Shown here: piece after piece, positions 15,627-24,662 of the stretch
How the letters are laid out: every line of letters starts with the position of its first letter
Position numbering within the stretch: the stretch's first letter is position 1
Assembly: GCA_028289135.1 (NCBI GenBank)
Contig: JAQGGW010000003.1
Location: 2,015 to 66,014, forward strand
Origin: Candidatus Saccharimonadota bacterium
GTDB lineage: Bacteria > Patescibacteriota > Saccharimonadia > Saccharimonadales > JACDBH01
DNA: 64,000 nt
Reading direction: 5' to 3'
The notes under the pieces: generated by a model
What the model saw: only the letters and a program-made list of their open reading frames with translations
Told to the model about the DNA's origin: nothing
The model's database searches: none
Program-made: the position numbers and the translations under genes

Positions 15627-17477
15627 ATGTTAAAAAAAGTGGCTCGTTTTTTCCGTGATTACAAGCAGTTTGGTTTCGTATTAATTGCAGTTTTAATTAG
15701 CTTGGGGCTCGACCTTGGTGGCAAAGACGTTATTGCGCACTGGATCCTAGCCATTACGGCCGCAATTAGCACTGTGCCGCTTTTATATGGCATGGTCCAA
15801 GACCTCCGCGACGGCAAATATGGGATTGATATTTTGGCGGCCACTGCCATTATCACCTCTGTTATTTTGCACGAATTCTGGACGGGCATTATTATTGTAT
15901 TTATGTTAACCGGCGGCGAATCATTAGAAGATTACGCCGAAAAACGGGCTCGCATTGAGTTGGATTCGCTCCTAAGCCGGGCTCCGAAAGAAGCCCACGT
16001 GCTTCGCGGCCGTAAAGTAATCGACATCGCCATTTCGCAAGTCCATGTTGGCGACAAAGTTATTATCAAGCCCGGCGAGATCGTGCCGGTGGATGGCGTT
16101 ATTTTAGAGGGCGAAAGCTCTTTGGACGAGTCAAGTTTAACAGGCGAAAGTTTGCCTGTCAGCAAAGCCGTTGGTGACCAGCTGCTGAGCGGCGCGCTAA
16201 ACATTGAAGGTGCCATCACCATCCGCGCCAGCCATACCGCCGAAGACAGCCAGTACGAGCAGATTATTAAGCTCGTTAAAAGCGCTTCCAGCACCCAGTC
16301 GCCTTTTGTCCGTCTGACGGACCGCTACGCAATTCCCTTTACCGTCATCTCTTTCGCGATTGCCGGGACAGCTTGGGCCCTAAGCGGCCACGCCCTAAGA
16401 TTCCTGGAAGTTATAGTTGTCGCCACTCCTTGCCCGCTGCTTTTGGCAGCGCCAATCGCACTTATTAGCGGCATGAGCCGGGCCGCAAAACACGGGATTA
16501 TCATCAAGACCGGTTCGGCACTGGAACGCCTTGCCGAAGTAAAAACCATGGCATTCGACAAGACAGGTACGCTTACGCACGGTACCCCAGTTGTTGGTGA
16601 AGTTACAGCCCTCAAGCCGTTTTCTAAGGATGAAGTTTTAAGCAGCGCCGCTTCACTGGAGCAGTCATCCACGCACATTTTAGCCCAGGCAATCGTTGCT
16701 GCTGCGGAGAAAAAACGCTTGCACGTTGTGAAAGCAAAACAAATCCATGAGCATCATGGGCACGGGCTAAACGGCAAAGTCGGCAAACAGGATGTTATCG
16801 TCGGCAAGCTCCAGCACCTCAAAGAACATAAAGTAGAATTTCCTAAAGATTTTTCAAGCGACCTTAAAACCACTGTTACTTTTGTGGCTATTAGCGGCAA
16901 GCTGGCCGGCTACATAAGCTTTAGCGACGAAATCCGTGCCGAGAGCAAACCAATGCTAGACCGCCTGCGCCAGCTTGGTATCAAAAAGTTTTTGATGGTA
17001 ACCGGCGACAACAAGTCCGCTGCGGTTAGCGTCGCTAAACAACTTTCGATTACTGACGTCATTAGCGAGGCATTGCCGGCCGACAAAGTCCGTGCGCTTG
17101 AAGAAGTTTCACCGCGCCCGGTCGCCTTTGTTGGAGACGGCGTTAATGACGCGCCCGTGCTGACTGCATCCGATGTTGGCATCGCGCTTGGCGCCCGTGG
17201 TTCTACAGCAGCTAGCGAATCGGCCGACGTGGTGATTATGCTCGACGATATTGGTAAGGTAACCAAGGCTGTAGAGATTGCCAAAAACACTTTCAGCATT
17301 GCCAAGCAGGCCATTTTGATTGGCATCGGGCTCAGCATTGTGCTCCAGCTGATTTTCTTTACCGGCAAATTTAAGCCAGTTATGGGCGCAATCTTGCAAG
17401 AAGGTGTTGATGTCTCGGTAATATTCATTGCCCTACGCGCCCACGGCAGCTTCAAAAAATCTAAAAGCGGAAAATAG
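15627..17477 (+). CDS. heavy-metal translocating P-type ATPase (P1B) without an N-terminal metal-binding domain
   Basis: Motifs TGES, CPC (ATPCPLLLAAP), DKTGTLT and GDGVNDAP. 616 aa, RBS AGAGG. Confidence 0.9.
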   Translation: MLKKVARFFRDYKQFGFVLIAVLISLGLDLGGKDVIAHWILAITAAISTVPLLYGMVQDLRDGKYGIDILAATAIITSVILHEFWTGIIIVFMLTGGESLEDYAEKRARIELDSLLSRAPKEAHVLRGRKVIDIAISQVHVGDKVIIKPGEIVPVDGVILEGESSLDESSLTGESLPVSKAVGDQLLSGALNIEGAITIRASHTAEDSQYEQIIKLVKSASSTQSPFVRLTDRYAIPFTVISFAIAGTAWALSGHALRFLEVIVVATPCPLLLAAPIALISGMSRAAKHGIIIKTGSALERLAEVKTMAFDKTGTLTHGTPVVGEVTALKPFSKDEVLSSAASLEQSSTHILAQAIVAAAEKKRLHVVKAKQIHEHHGHGLNGKVGKQDVIVGKLQHLKEHKVEFPKDFSSDLKTTVTFVAISGKLAGYISFSDEIRAESKPMLDRLRQLGIKKFLMVTGDNKSAAVSVAKQLSITDVISEALPADKVRALEEVSPRPVAFVGDGVNDAPVLTASDVGIALGARGSTAASESADVVIMLDDIGKVTKAVEIAKNTFSIAKQAILIGIGLSIVLQLIFFTGKFKPVMGAILQEGVDVSVIFIALRAHGSFKKSKSGK

Positions 17478-18102
17478 CCAACATCCCCAACACAGAAAGC
17501 GGCACGGTAATATTGTCGGTTCCTAAGCCGCTGACGTTTTCTAATGCTGCAGTAACTAGCGGTATGGTGATGAGTGCCGGCAAAAGACGGTAAGTACTGC
17601 CAACGTTGTTTAGATCAATAGCAGCTAGCAGGATTATTAGTGAGATTAAGGCAAACGTAGCAGTTCCTAAAACTGACTTATTGTGCCCCAGAACTTTGTA
17701 AAACTTTTTGCTAAAACGCAGGCCAATTAAAGCCGCCAATCCATCACACAATGAAACGTGTAAAATGGCGATAGTAAACAGCCAAGGCGCAGGATGAATT
17801 AGCGCGCAGATGAGTATGCCGCCAGCAAACAGAAAATCGCCGTATGTCTTACGCTTGATGCTCAGGCCGGCTTTAAAAAAATGATAATGGCTGTTGATTA
17901 GACTCAGACAGATGACGCCAACGCTGCAAAATGCAATCCAGTTGTAACTTAGCCAAAACGGTAACGCGGCCGCGATGCTGCCAGCAAGAATATGTATGAA
18001 TTTCCGGGCGGTTTCGCCTTCCAAGCGTTTTGTACGCCATAAATATTCAGAACTGAATAAAATCAGCAGAACGACTACAGTAGCTAAAATCGCATTAATC
18101 AC
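17461..18102 (-). CDS. polyprenol/dolichol/phytol-kinase-like (CTP-transferase 1 superfamily) membrane protein
   Basis: 213 aa with about 6 TM helices and RKFIHILAGS near the N-terminus. GTG start. The 3' end overlaps the ATPase gene convergently by 17 nt. Family assignment is tentative. Confidence 0.45.
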   Translation of the reverse strand: MINAILATVVVLLILFSSEYLWRTKRLEGETARKFIHILAGSIAAALPFWLSYNWIAFCSVGVICLSLINSHYHFFKAGLSIKRKTYGDFLFAGGILICALIHPAPWLFTIAILHVSLCDGLAALIGLRFSKKFYKVLGHNKSVLGTATFALISLIILLAAIDLNNVGSTYRLLPALITIPLVTAALENVSGLGTDNITVPLSVLGMLAIFRF

Positions 18103-18181
18103 TGAATGGCATTATACGCCCAGTTCAAGGTTTGAATATTATAAATTACACACGCTATACGCCGCGTGTTATAATTACTCT

Positions 18182-18622
18182 ATGAATTTAACTTCACGAG
18201 AAATAGTTGCAATAATACTCTGGTGGGGAGAAGGATCTAAATCCCGAAGGGATATAAGATGGAAAAATACATGGAGTTATCCCGTAGAAATCACAAATAC
18301 TAACCCGCTTATAATAAAAATATTTCTAGACTTTCTGCGCTATGATCTTAAAGTTGACGAAGATCGTATTCGCCTTCAACTACAAATCCACCTAGGAGAT
18401 GACCAGGTTATATTGGAAGAGTTTTGGTCCGAACTTACCAATATTTCGTTGGATAAGTTCCAAAAAACAATTGTAAGACCTACCGGCAAGAAGATAGGCA
18501 AAAGTAAAGGAACATGCAAGATTAGGTTTGTAGATAAGGCCGTATATCAGAAATTAGATTTATTGCTTAAACAAGTGCTTATTGAAGTGCAACAGGATCC
18601 TAATCTACTTACAAGCTTATAA
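18182..18622 (+). CDS. hypothetical protein, possibly a LAGLIDADG-like homing-endonuclease fold
   Basis: ATG at 18182 is used because the track extension overlaps the opposite-strand gene. Motifs ILWWGEGSKS, EITNTNPLIIKIFLDFL and GTCKIRF resemble single-motif LAGLIDADG proteins. AT-rich, 50 nt upstream of tRNA-Pro. Confidence 0.4.
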   Translation: MNLTSREIVAIILWWGEGSKSRRDIRWKNTWSYPVEITNTNPLIIKIFLDFLRYDLKVDEDRIRLQLQIHLGDDQVILEEFWSELTNISLDKFQKTIVRPTGKKIGKSKGTCKIRFVDKAVYQKLDLLLKQVLIEVQQDPNLLTSL

Positions 18623-18671
18623 GAATAATCTACTGTTAATTCGCTGTTTAATCTGTTAATATACCGTGGAT

Positions 18672-18748
18672 CGGGGTGTGGCGCAGCTGGCTAGCGCGGG
18701 CGGTTTGGGACCGTCAGGTCGTAGGTTCGAATCCTATCACCCCGACCA
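18672..18748 (+). tRNA. tRNA-Pro (anticodon TGG)
   Basis: Acceptor CGGGGTG/CACCCCG (C1-G72), anticodon loop TTTGGGA, T-loop TTCGAAT, encoded CCA. Confidence 0.9.
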
Positions 18749-18755
18749 TTTAAAA

Positions 18756-18777
18756 AGTCCATCATAAAAGATGGACT
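18756..18777 (+). terminator. hairpin terminator after tRNA-Pro
   Basis: AGTCCATC-ATAAAA-GATGGACT followed by an A/T-rich tail. Confidence 0.5.
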
Positions 18778-18905
18778 ATTTAAATTGCAGGCAAGAATTG
18801 ATAAACCCAGAATCAGAGAGTTAGCTAAGCTTGGGATGATGTAAATAGGCCGTTTTTTACAGAGACCGCTGGATAATTAACACCGGAAATTGTATAATTA
18901 TAGGG

Positions 18906-19064
18906 ATGAAATATATCTCTATCTTCTTTACGATTCTCTTCATCTGGATAGCAGTCATATTTATGGCTTTTACCCGCAACAACACCAACGAGATTTTTGA
19001 CCTGTATCTTGCCGTGATGGCCAGCACCCTAACTTTGTTTTTAATTGGCTTTGCCAAGAAGTAG
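18906..19064 (+). CDS. small membrane protein (52 aa, below the ORF-track cutoff)
   Basis: Reads MKYISIFFTILFIWIAVIFMAFTRNNTNEIFDLYLAVMASTLTLFLIGFAKK with two TM helices. The stop lies 3 nt before the kinase ATG at 19068. Preferred over the antisense 95-aa ORF. Confidence 0.45.
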   Translation: MKYISIFFTILFIWIAVIFMAFTRNNTNEIFDLYLAVMASTLTLFLIGFAKK

Positions 19065-19067
19065 CAT

Positions 19068-20651
19068 ATGAGTACTAAAGCTAAAAAATCTACAACGCGG
19101 TCAACGCACGCTAAAACCATCGCCGCCATCAAGCGCAACCGCACGCGGCGCCTGGCTTCTTTGATTACCCGGTCGTATTATCTCCATAAGAAAAAACAAG
19201 ACGAACAGCTTTATGGCCTGATATGTGAAGAGTTTATGTCCCTTGGCGGCGTCTATGTAAAGTTTCTCCAGGGCGTCCTGCTCCGCTCGCAAATTATGCG
19301 CAAATGGCACAATCCAGAAAAGCTGAATATTTTTGAAAACCTCGACAGCGAACCGATCGACATTATGAAGTTTTTGCAAAACGAACTGCCAAAAGATAAG
19401 CTTTCACAAATTGCCATGATCCAGCCTATGCCTTTTGCCGCCGGAAGTTTTGGCCAGGTTTATTACGGCCAGCTGCGGACCGGCGAACCAATTATCGTAA
19501 AGGTGCTTAGGCCAATGGTTCGCGAGCTGCTTAAATATGACCTAAAGCTGCTCACAACGTTTTCAAAAACCTTTATGGTTAAGCTTAATAAAAACATGAA
19601 CATGCAGATTGGTGACGCGCTTAAAGACTTTAGTGCTGCGACCCTGCGCGAGACCGACTACAAACACGAAGCCGAGTTTGCTAACGAGCTGCATGAAGCC
19701 TACAAAGGCCACAACACGATTGTTATCCCAAAGACTTATCTAGATTTATGCACAAACAATATTATCGTCCAGGATTATGTTGATGGCATTTCGGTGGCGC
19801 AAATTATACGCATGCACGAACAAGGTGTTGACCCGGCCGTATACGTCAAAGAACAGCTTGGCTCCGACCTGATCACGCAGCTGCAAAATTTGGGGTATGA
19901 ATCAGTAATGTCAGTATTTAGGCTTCGCCGCATCCAGGGCGACCCGCATCCTGGCAACATACGCTTGATGCGCAACAACAAAGTCGGCATGATTGATTTT
20001 GGCATTAGCGCCCAGGCGCCAGAGGACAAAAGCGGATTGTTCGGCCTGTTCGAAAGTTATGACAAAGTCTTTAAAGGGTCTCAAACAGCAATTGGCCTGT
20101 TCGAACACAGCATGCGGTTTTTTGTGAGCGACCTATACCGTTCATTAAAACGCCTCGGCGACTACATCGGCAAAAACGACGACCGTGATTATGTAAAAGA
20201 CGTAAGTAAAATTGCCGGTGACGTTTTCCAGCAGGCAACCGGCAGCGACATTATTAATGCCGATTTTAAAAACGACTCAAGCGTGCTGGTGATTATTAAC
20301 AAAATGGTCAACAAGGGCAACCGTTTTGGCCTGGTCATGAAGCTTGAGGCCACTGAAATTTTGCGTGCCACCCAGACGTTTACGTCTATGCTCGGCAGCC
20401 TAGGCCTCTACGCAAAAGTTATGCCTTCGGTAATAGATCATTCCGTCAAAGACATCCGCCGGCTATACCCCGAAGTTATCCAAGACAGCAAAGAAACCGT
20501 TAGTATTGGCGACGCGATCGAAACTGTGGCCAACTGGCTAGAGCGTGTTGCCGCCCGCGACCCGATGCTTTTTAGGCAGCTTTCTGATAAAATTCGTTTT
20601 AATAAGGTTGTCCCCGCAGTGGAACCAGAAGAGGAAGTTCAAACATCATGA
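19068..20651 (+). CDS. ABC1/UbiB/AarF-family atypical protein kinase
   Basis: AAGSFGQVYYG...IIVKVLRP (nucleotide-binding loop plus Lys) and GDPHPGNIRL (catalytic loop). 527 aa. Confidence 0.85.
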   Translation: MSTKAKKSTTRSTHAKTIAAIKRNRTRRLASLITRSYYLHKKKQDEQLYGLICEEFMSLGGVYVKFLQGVLLRSQIMRKWHNPEKLNIFENLDSEPIDIMKFLQNELPKDKLSQIAMIQPMPFAAGSFGQVYYGQLRTGEPIIVKVLRPMVRELLKYDLKLLTTFSKTFMVKLNKNMNMQIGDALKDFSAATLRETDYKHEAEFANELHEAYKGHNTIVIPKTYLDLCTNNIIVQDYVDGISVAQIIRMHEQGVDPAVYVKEQLGSDLITQLQNLGYESVMSVFRLRRIQGDPHPGNIRLMRNNKVGMIDFGISAQAPEDKSGLFGLFESYDKVFKGSQTAIGLFEHSMRFFVSDLYRSLKRLGDYIGKNDDRDYVKDVSKIAGDVFQQATGSDIINADFKNDSSVLVIINKMVNKGNRFGLVMKLEATEILRATQTFTSMLGSLGLYAKVMPSVIDHSVKDIRRLYPEVIQDSKETVSIGDAIETVANWLERVAARDPMLFRQLSDKIRFNKVVPAVEPEEEVQTS

Positions 20652-20833
20652 AAGACTTTTTACTATTTATTAAATACCCGTACACCGCAGGAGTCATTGG
20701 CATTATTTGGCTTGGCAGCGCCGGTCTACTAGCCATAGATAGCCACCTGCCGCTGGTGCGCGTGGTGATTATAAATATGTTTATGAGCGTTATTATTGCT
20801 GGCTTTGGTTTCCGCGGCAAAAGCGAACTATAG
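20648..20833 (+). CDS. small membrane protein
   Basis: 61 aa with two TM helices. The ATG overlaps the kinase stop (ATGA). Confidence 0.5.
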   Translation: MKDFLLFIKYPYTAGVIGIIWLGSAGLLAIDSHLPLVRVVIINMFMSVIIAGFGFRGKSEL

Positions 20834-20844
20834 ACACTTCTTGG

Positions 20845-20963
20845 GCCGACCTAAGCATATTCCATCTGAATGACACTCTCTACGGGGAGCCTAAGGGCTC
20901 GCCCGTGGCGTTTGGCTGGCCGAAGCGGCCACAGTCACCCAGACGAAATATGCTTAGGTCGGC
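20845..20963. other. 119-nt rod-like hairpin in a convergent intergenic region
   Basis: A perfect 17-bp closing stem GCCGACCTAAGCATATT / AATATGCTTAGGTCGGC. Inner pairings are CTG..TGAC/GTCA..CAG, GAGCC-TAAG-GGCTC and GGCCG-AAG-CGGCC. Confidence 0.6.
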
Positions 20964-21012
20964 GCGAACGTGTTTTTTAAGCCAACGTGACTCGCCTGCA
21001 TCTAAGTTTTAG

Positions 21013-21810
21013 CTAAATAATAATTCGGATTTGTTCGATTGATTTTGCGCGGTTTGTTTCGGGGTTGGTTTCGACTAAAACGGCATTAAACTGCATGGCG
21101 CCTTCTGTTTCCAGCACGTTACGGGTTTGGATCCCGTCGCGCCAGCGGGGAAGTACGCTTTCAAACTTTACTCCCAAGGAACTGTCCAAAGAGCCTACCA
21201 TGCCGACATCGGTTATGTGAGCCGTGCCGCCTTTTAACACCCGCGCATCGGCCGTTGGCACATGCCAATGATCGCCAATAACGGCCGTAACGCGGCCGTC
21301 CAGATAGTGGCCAATTACCACTTTTTCGCTGCTAAAATCACCATGAAAATTAACAATAACAGTGGTAAAGTCGCTTATGCTTAACATGTTAAGTATGCCG
21401 TCAACAGAGGCAAGGGGATTGTCGGTTGGCTTGTCAGCGTCTTTGCCTACAATACTGCCCAGCAGGCTGATGAGCAACACTTTGCCCTGGCTAGTTTCGG
21501 CAATCTTGTAGCGCTTCCCTGCTGTGCCGTCTGGATAGTTTGCCGGTCGTGTTACGGCGTGTTCCTCGCCCTCAAGCAGCTCATGGGTTTCGTCCAAGTG
21601 CATTGTCCAGTTGCCGCCGGTGAAGGCCTGCACCCCTGCCCTTTTGAGCCTTTCGTAATCAGCAACAGTTAGGCCTTTGCCTTCCGAAACATTCTCGGCC
21701 TGGGCAATAACAAAATCTACATCTTTTTCATTAACAAGTCCGGGCAAAACTTTTTCAACTGTTTCGATCCCTGCTTCGCCCATTACGTCGCCAATATATA
21801 AAATTCTCAT
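21013..21810 (-). CDS. ymdB: YmdB-type metallophosphoesterase (2',3'-cyclic-nucleotide phosphodiesterase family)
   Basis: MRILYIGDVMG...VIAQAENVSEGKGLT, GGNWTMH and NFHGD motifs. 265 aa. Confidence 0.85.
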   Translation of the reverse strand: MRILYIGDVMGEAGIETVEKVLPGLVNEKDVDFVIAQAENVSEGKGLTVADYERLKRAGVQAFTGGNWTMHLDETHELLEGEEHAVTRPANYPDGTAGKRYKIAETSQGKVLLISLLGSIVGKDADKPTDNPLASVDGILNMLSISDFTTVIVNFHGDFSSEKVVIGHYLDGRVTAVIGDHWHVPTADARVLKGGTAHITDVGMVGSLDSSLGVKFESVLPRWRDGIQTRNVLETEGAMQFNAVLVETNPETNRAKSIEQIRIII

Positions 21811-22409
21811 GCATTCAACCTATCTTTAAAATATTTTGGCAGCGGTATATCAAACTTCACTTCCGGCAGATCACCAACGGAATCACTGTCTTTCATGCCC
21901 TTATACTGGTCCATATATACTATATCTACACTGCCAAACTTTGCATCAACCCAATCAAGTCCAAGTATTTTTGCAACTGCTTGGATCGATGCTTCATCCG
22001 CGCCTTCGATTTCCATATACGGGTTTAGCCATGGCCACTCATCTAATACAACTTCGACATTATTTATTATCCAAGTTTCCCGTTTTGACTCCTGATAACT
22101 AAAATCAATAAGCCCAATAGCTTTAAAGATTGCGATCATATTGTCATAAGAGCCAACGGTCGTTTCTATTTCGCCCACGTAATTAGTTTTGTTTTTTGCT
22201 TTGAAAGTAACCGTAAATTTGTCGCCCTCATCGCGTACACGTAACCGTTTAGGATGGCCATTATTTTGAAAACGCCCATCGGGAAAATCAAAATGCACCC
22301 GGCGCATTATACGCATTGGATGTTCGCAAATAGCGCCAGCTTCTTTAAGCATGGCTCGCATTGCCTCGTGATTTGTATTTAAAAATTTGGCTTCAATTTC
22401 TTGCTGCAT
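21807..22409 (-). CDS. CYTH-domain (triphosphate tunnel metalloenzyme) protein
   Basis: Begins MQQEIEAKF, which carries the ExExK signature. ATG at 22409 lies 1 nt after the upstream stop, so the track extension to 22502 is rejected. The 3' end overlaps the ymdB start by 4 nt. Confidence 0.75.
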   Translation of the reverse strand: MQQEIEAKFLNTNHEAMRAMLKEAGAICEHPMRIMRRVHFDFPDGRFQNNGHPKRLRVRDEGDKFTVTFKAKNKTNYVGEIETTVGSYDNMIAIFKAIGLIDFSYQESKRETWIINNVEVVLDEWPWLNPYMEIEGADEASIQAVAKILGLDWVDAKFGSVDIVYMDQYKGMKDSDSVGDLPEVKFDIPLPKYFKDRLNA

Positions 22410-22410
22410 A

Positions 22411-22941
22411 TTAAAACTCGTACTTCCAGCCCGGTTGGTGGGTAAAGTGTTTTGAGACGCAGTCAATAAGCGGCTCTTTGTTAATAATATGATCCAGCCC
22501 AAAGTGTGTTGCCCGGTGGCCGATTATCATAACCGTTTTGCCGTCAAAGTTTGCCTTTAAGTAATCTAAAAACGAGGCCATACGTTTCATACATTGGTTA
22601 TAACTCTCGCCACTCGGGAAAGGTTCGCTTAGGCGCTTTGAGCGCTCTGTCTCAACCAATTCTTTATCCTTAAGCGTAAAGTCGCCGTAATCGCATTCGC
22701 GCAGCCTATTGTCTGGATAGACTGGTAAATTATGTTGGCTAGCGGCAGGAATAGCAGTCTTAACGGCTCGCTGCAAATCAGACGTAAAGATTATCTCTAT
22801 GCCTCGGCTCTTGCAGCGCTCGACTATCTCAAGCGCATCTCTGTAACCCTTTTCCGACAGGTCAACATCATTCCAACCGCTCGCCCGTTTAGCTTCATTA
22901 TCGGCGGTCGTGGCATGCGGCTCAAACCAAATAGTTATCAT
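22411..22941 (-). CDS. histidine phosphatase (phosphoglycerate-mutase-like) family protein
   Basis: N-terminal IWFEPHATT (catalytic His context), TSDLQRA and IIGHRATH. 176 aa. Confidence 0.7.
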   Translation of the reverse strand: MITIWFEPHATTADNEAKRASGWNDVDLSEKGYRDALEIVERCKSRGIEIIFTSDLQRAVKTAIPAASQHNLPVYPDNRLRECDYGDFTLKDKELVETERSKRLSEPFPSGESYNQCMKRMASFLDYLKANFDGKTVMIIGHRATHFGLDHIINKEPLIDCVSKHFTHQPGWKYEF

Positions 22942-22952
22942 TAAGCTACTTT

Positions 22953-24467
22953 CTACTTCGCGAATTCGATGGCGCGGGTTTCGCGGATGACGTTTACCTT
23001 GATGGTGCCAGGGTACTGCATAGTACTTTCGATCTTGTTGGCAATGTCACGTGCCAGCTTGATGGCGCTAAGATCATCGATGTCTTGCGGACGGACGAAT
23101 ACTCGCACTTCACGGCCGGCAGAAATTGCGTAGGCCTTTTCGATACCCGGGAAAGCTAAGGCGACGTTTTCTAGATCACGCATGCGTTCGCCAAAGTTTT
23201 CGGCCGAGATGTTGCGGGCACCTGGGCGGGACGCGCTGATTGCGTCAACAACACGGACAATCAAGGCTTCTACTGAAGTTGCTTCAACATCATCGTGGTG
23301 CTGCTCGGCGGCCAAAGCGACTTCTTCTGGAGCGCCGTATTTGCGCAACATTTCACCAGAGATGTGGTGATGCTTGCCTTCCATCTTGTGTGTCAGAGCC
23401 TTGCCAAGGTCATGTACTAATGCGGCGTATTTAGCGGTCTTAACATTCGCGCCAAGCTGCTCGGCAATGACGCCGGCGATGTGAGCCATTTCGGTGGAAT
23501 GCTTAAGCACGTTCTGACCGTAGCTGGTGCGGTATTTTAGCTCGCCAAGCAGCTGCAAAATTTCTTTCGGGATTCCAACCACGCCCACCTCACGGGCAGC
23601 GTCTTCAGCTGCGTGTAAAACTTCTTTTTGGACCTGGACTTGGGCTTTTTCAACAACTTCTTCGATTCGTCCTGGGTGAACACGGCCGTCCTTCAAAAGC
23701 ATTTCAAGTGCGATCCGGGCGGTTTCGCGGCGGATTGGGTCAAAGCTGCTTAAGATAATCATGCCCGGCGTATCGTCTACCATAATGTCGACGCCTGTCG
23801 CACGCTGGAGCGCCTGGATGTTGCGGCCTTCTTTGCCGATAATGCGTCCTTTCATTTCTTCGTCTTCAAGCTTCACGGCCGTTACGGTGCGCTCAGAAGT
23901 TACCTCGCTAGCCATGCGTTCCATAGCTTCGGTGATGATGACAGCAGCTTGGTCTTCGGCAGTTTCTTTGGCTTCGTTTTGAAGCTTGTTAATCAATCCC
24001 AGCAAGTCGCCACGGATGTCGCGCTCGGTCATTTTCATAAGTTTGTCAGCGGCTTCTTCTTTTGTCAGCTTGGCGATCTTTTCTAGCTTGTCTTGCTGTT
24101 TTGTCCGGATGGCACGGATTTCGTCTTTAAGTTCCTCGGCTTCTGCTTCAGCCTTGCGCATATTTTCGGCGCGCTTGTCGAGAGTGTCCAGCTTTTTGTC
24201 GATAGATTCTTCTCGGCCCAGTAAACGGGCTTCAATTTCTTTAACTTCGCGGCGGCGGGTTTGTTCGTCTTTGCGTGCCTGTTCCGAAATTTCGGCTGCT
24301 TCGGCGCGGGCCTTACTTAAGCGTTCTTCGGCTTCTTTTTTGGCCTTTTTTAACTCTTTTTCCGCGGCCTCTTCAACAGAGCCCATCTTCTTTTTTGTAT
24401 AAACTGTACTTCCACCAAAACCAGCACCGAGCCCGACCAATGTTAAAACAATGGTTAATGGCAACAT
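22953..24467 (-). CDS. rny: ribonuclease Y
   Basis: N-terminal TM helix, K/E-rich coiled coil, KH domain (GKEGRNIQALQRATGVD) and HD domain (LVHDLGKAL). Start set at 24467, with GGAGG 6 nt upstream. Confidence 0.95.
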   Translation of the reverse strand: MLPLTIVLTLVGLGAGFGGSTVYTKKKMGSVEEAAEKELKKAKKEAEERLSKARAEAAEISEQARKDEQTRRREVKEIEARLLGREESIDKKLDTLDKRAENMRKAEAEAEELKDEIRAIRTKQQDKLEKIAKLTKEEAADKLMKMTERDIRGDLLGLINKLQNEAKETAEDQAAVIITEAMERMASEVTSERTVTAVKLEDEEMKGRIIGKEGRNIQALQRATGVDIMVDDTPGMIILSSFDPIRRETARIALEMLLKDGRVHPGRIEEVVEKAQVQVQKEVLHAAEDAAREVGVVGIPKEILQLLGELKYRTSYGQNVLKHSTEMAHIAGVIAEQLGANVKTAKYAALVHDLGKALTHKMEGKHHHISGEMLRKYGAPEEVALAAEQHHDDVEATSVEALIVRVVDAISASRPGARNISAENFGERMRDLENVALAFPGIEKAYAISAGREVRVFVRPQDIDDLSAIKLARDIANKIESTMQYPGTIKVNVIRETRAIEFAK

Positions 24468-24662
24468 ATAACACCTCCCTACCGGCCCCAAGGTCCTGAT
24501 ATCAGGCGATCACTATCACTTCTTTAGCCTGAAAAATTTCGTCAGTAACCGATATAAAAAATTACGTTTAAGTTAGGATTTTTCCTTTTGTCTCACACAA
24601 TCCTGTATTAAATATATCACAAAACACATACAAAAATAACTTATTGAAAATATATAAAAGCT

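Noticed and set aside
17975-18181. N-terminal 69-aa extension of the LAGLIDADG-like ORF
   Set aside because: The extension overlaps the 5' end of the opposite-strand membrane-protein gene. The first in-frame ATG in the intergenic gap (18182) is a more sensible start.
18857-19144. 95-aa minus-strand ORF upstream of the UbiB kinase
   Set aside because: It overlaps the kinase start. The plus-strand 52-aa two-TM ORF in the same space is tightly coupled to the kinase ATG and gives a more protein-like sequence.
20845-20963. Possibility that the 119-nt hairpin is the small SRP (4.5S) RNA
   Set aside because: I could not find the conserved helix-8 features on either strand. Those are a GNRA tetraloop flanked by the GGAAGCAG / AGG-type symmetric and asymmetric loops. 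The apical loop here is GGCCG-AAG-CGGCC. A covariance-model scan is still needed.
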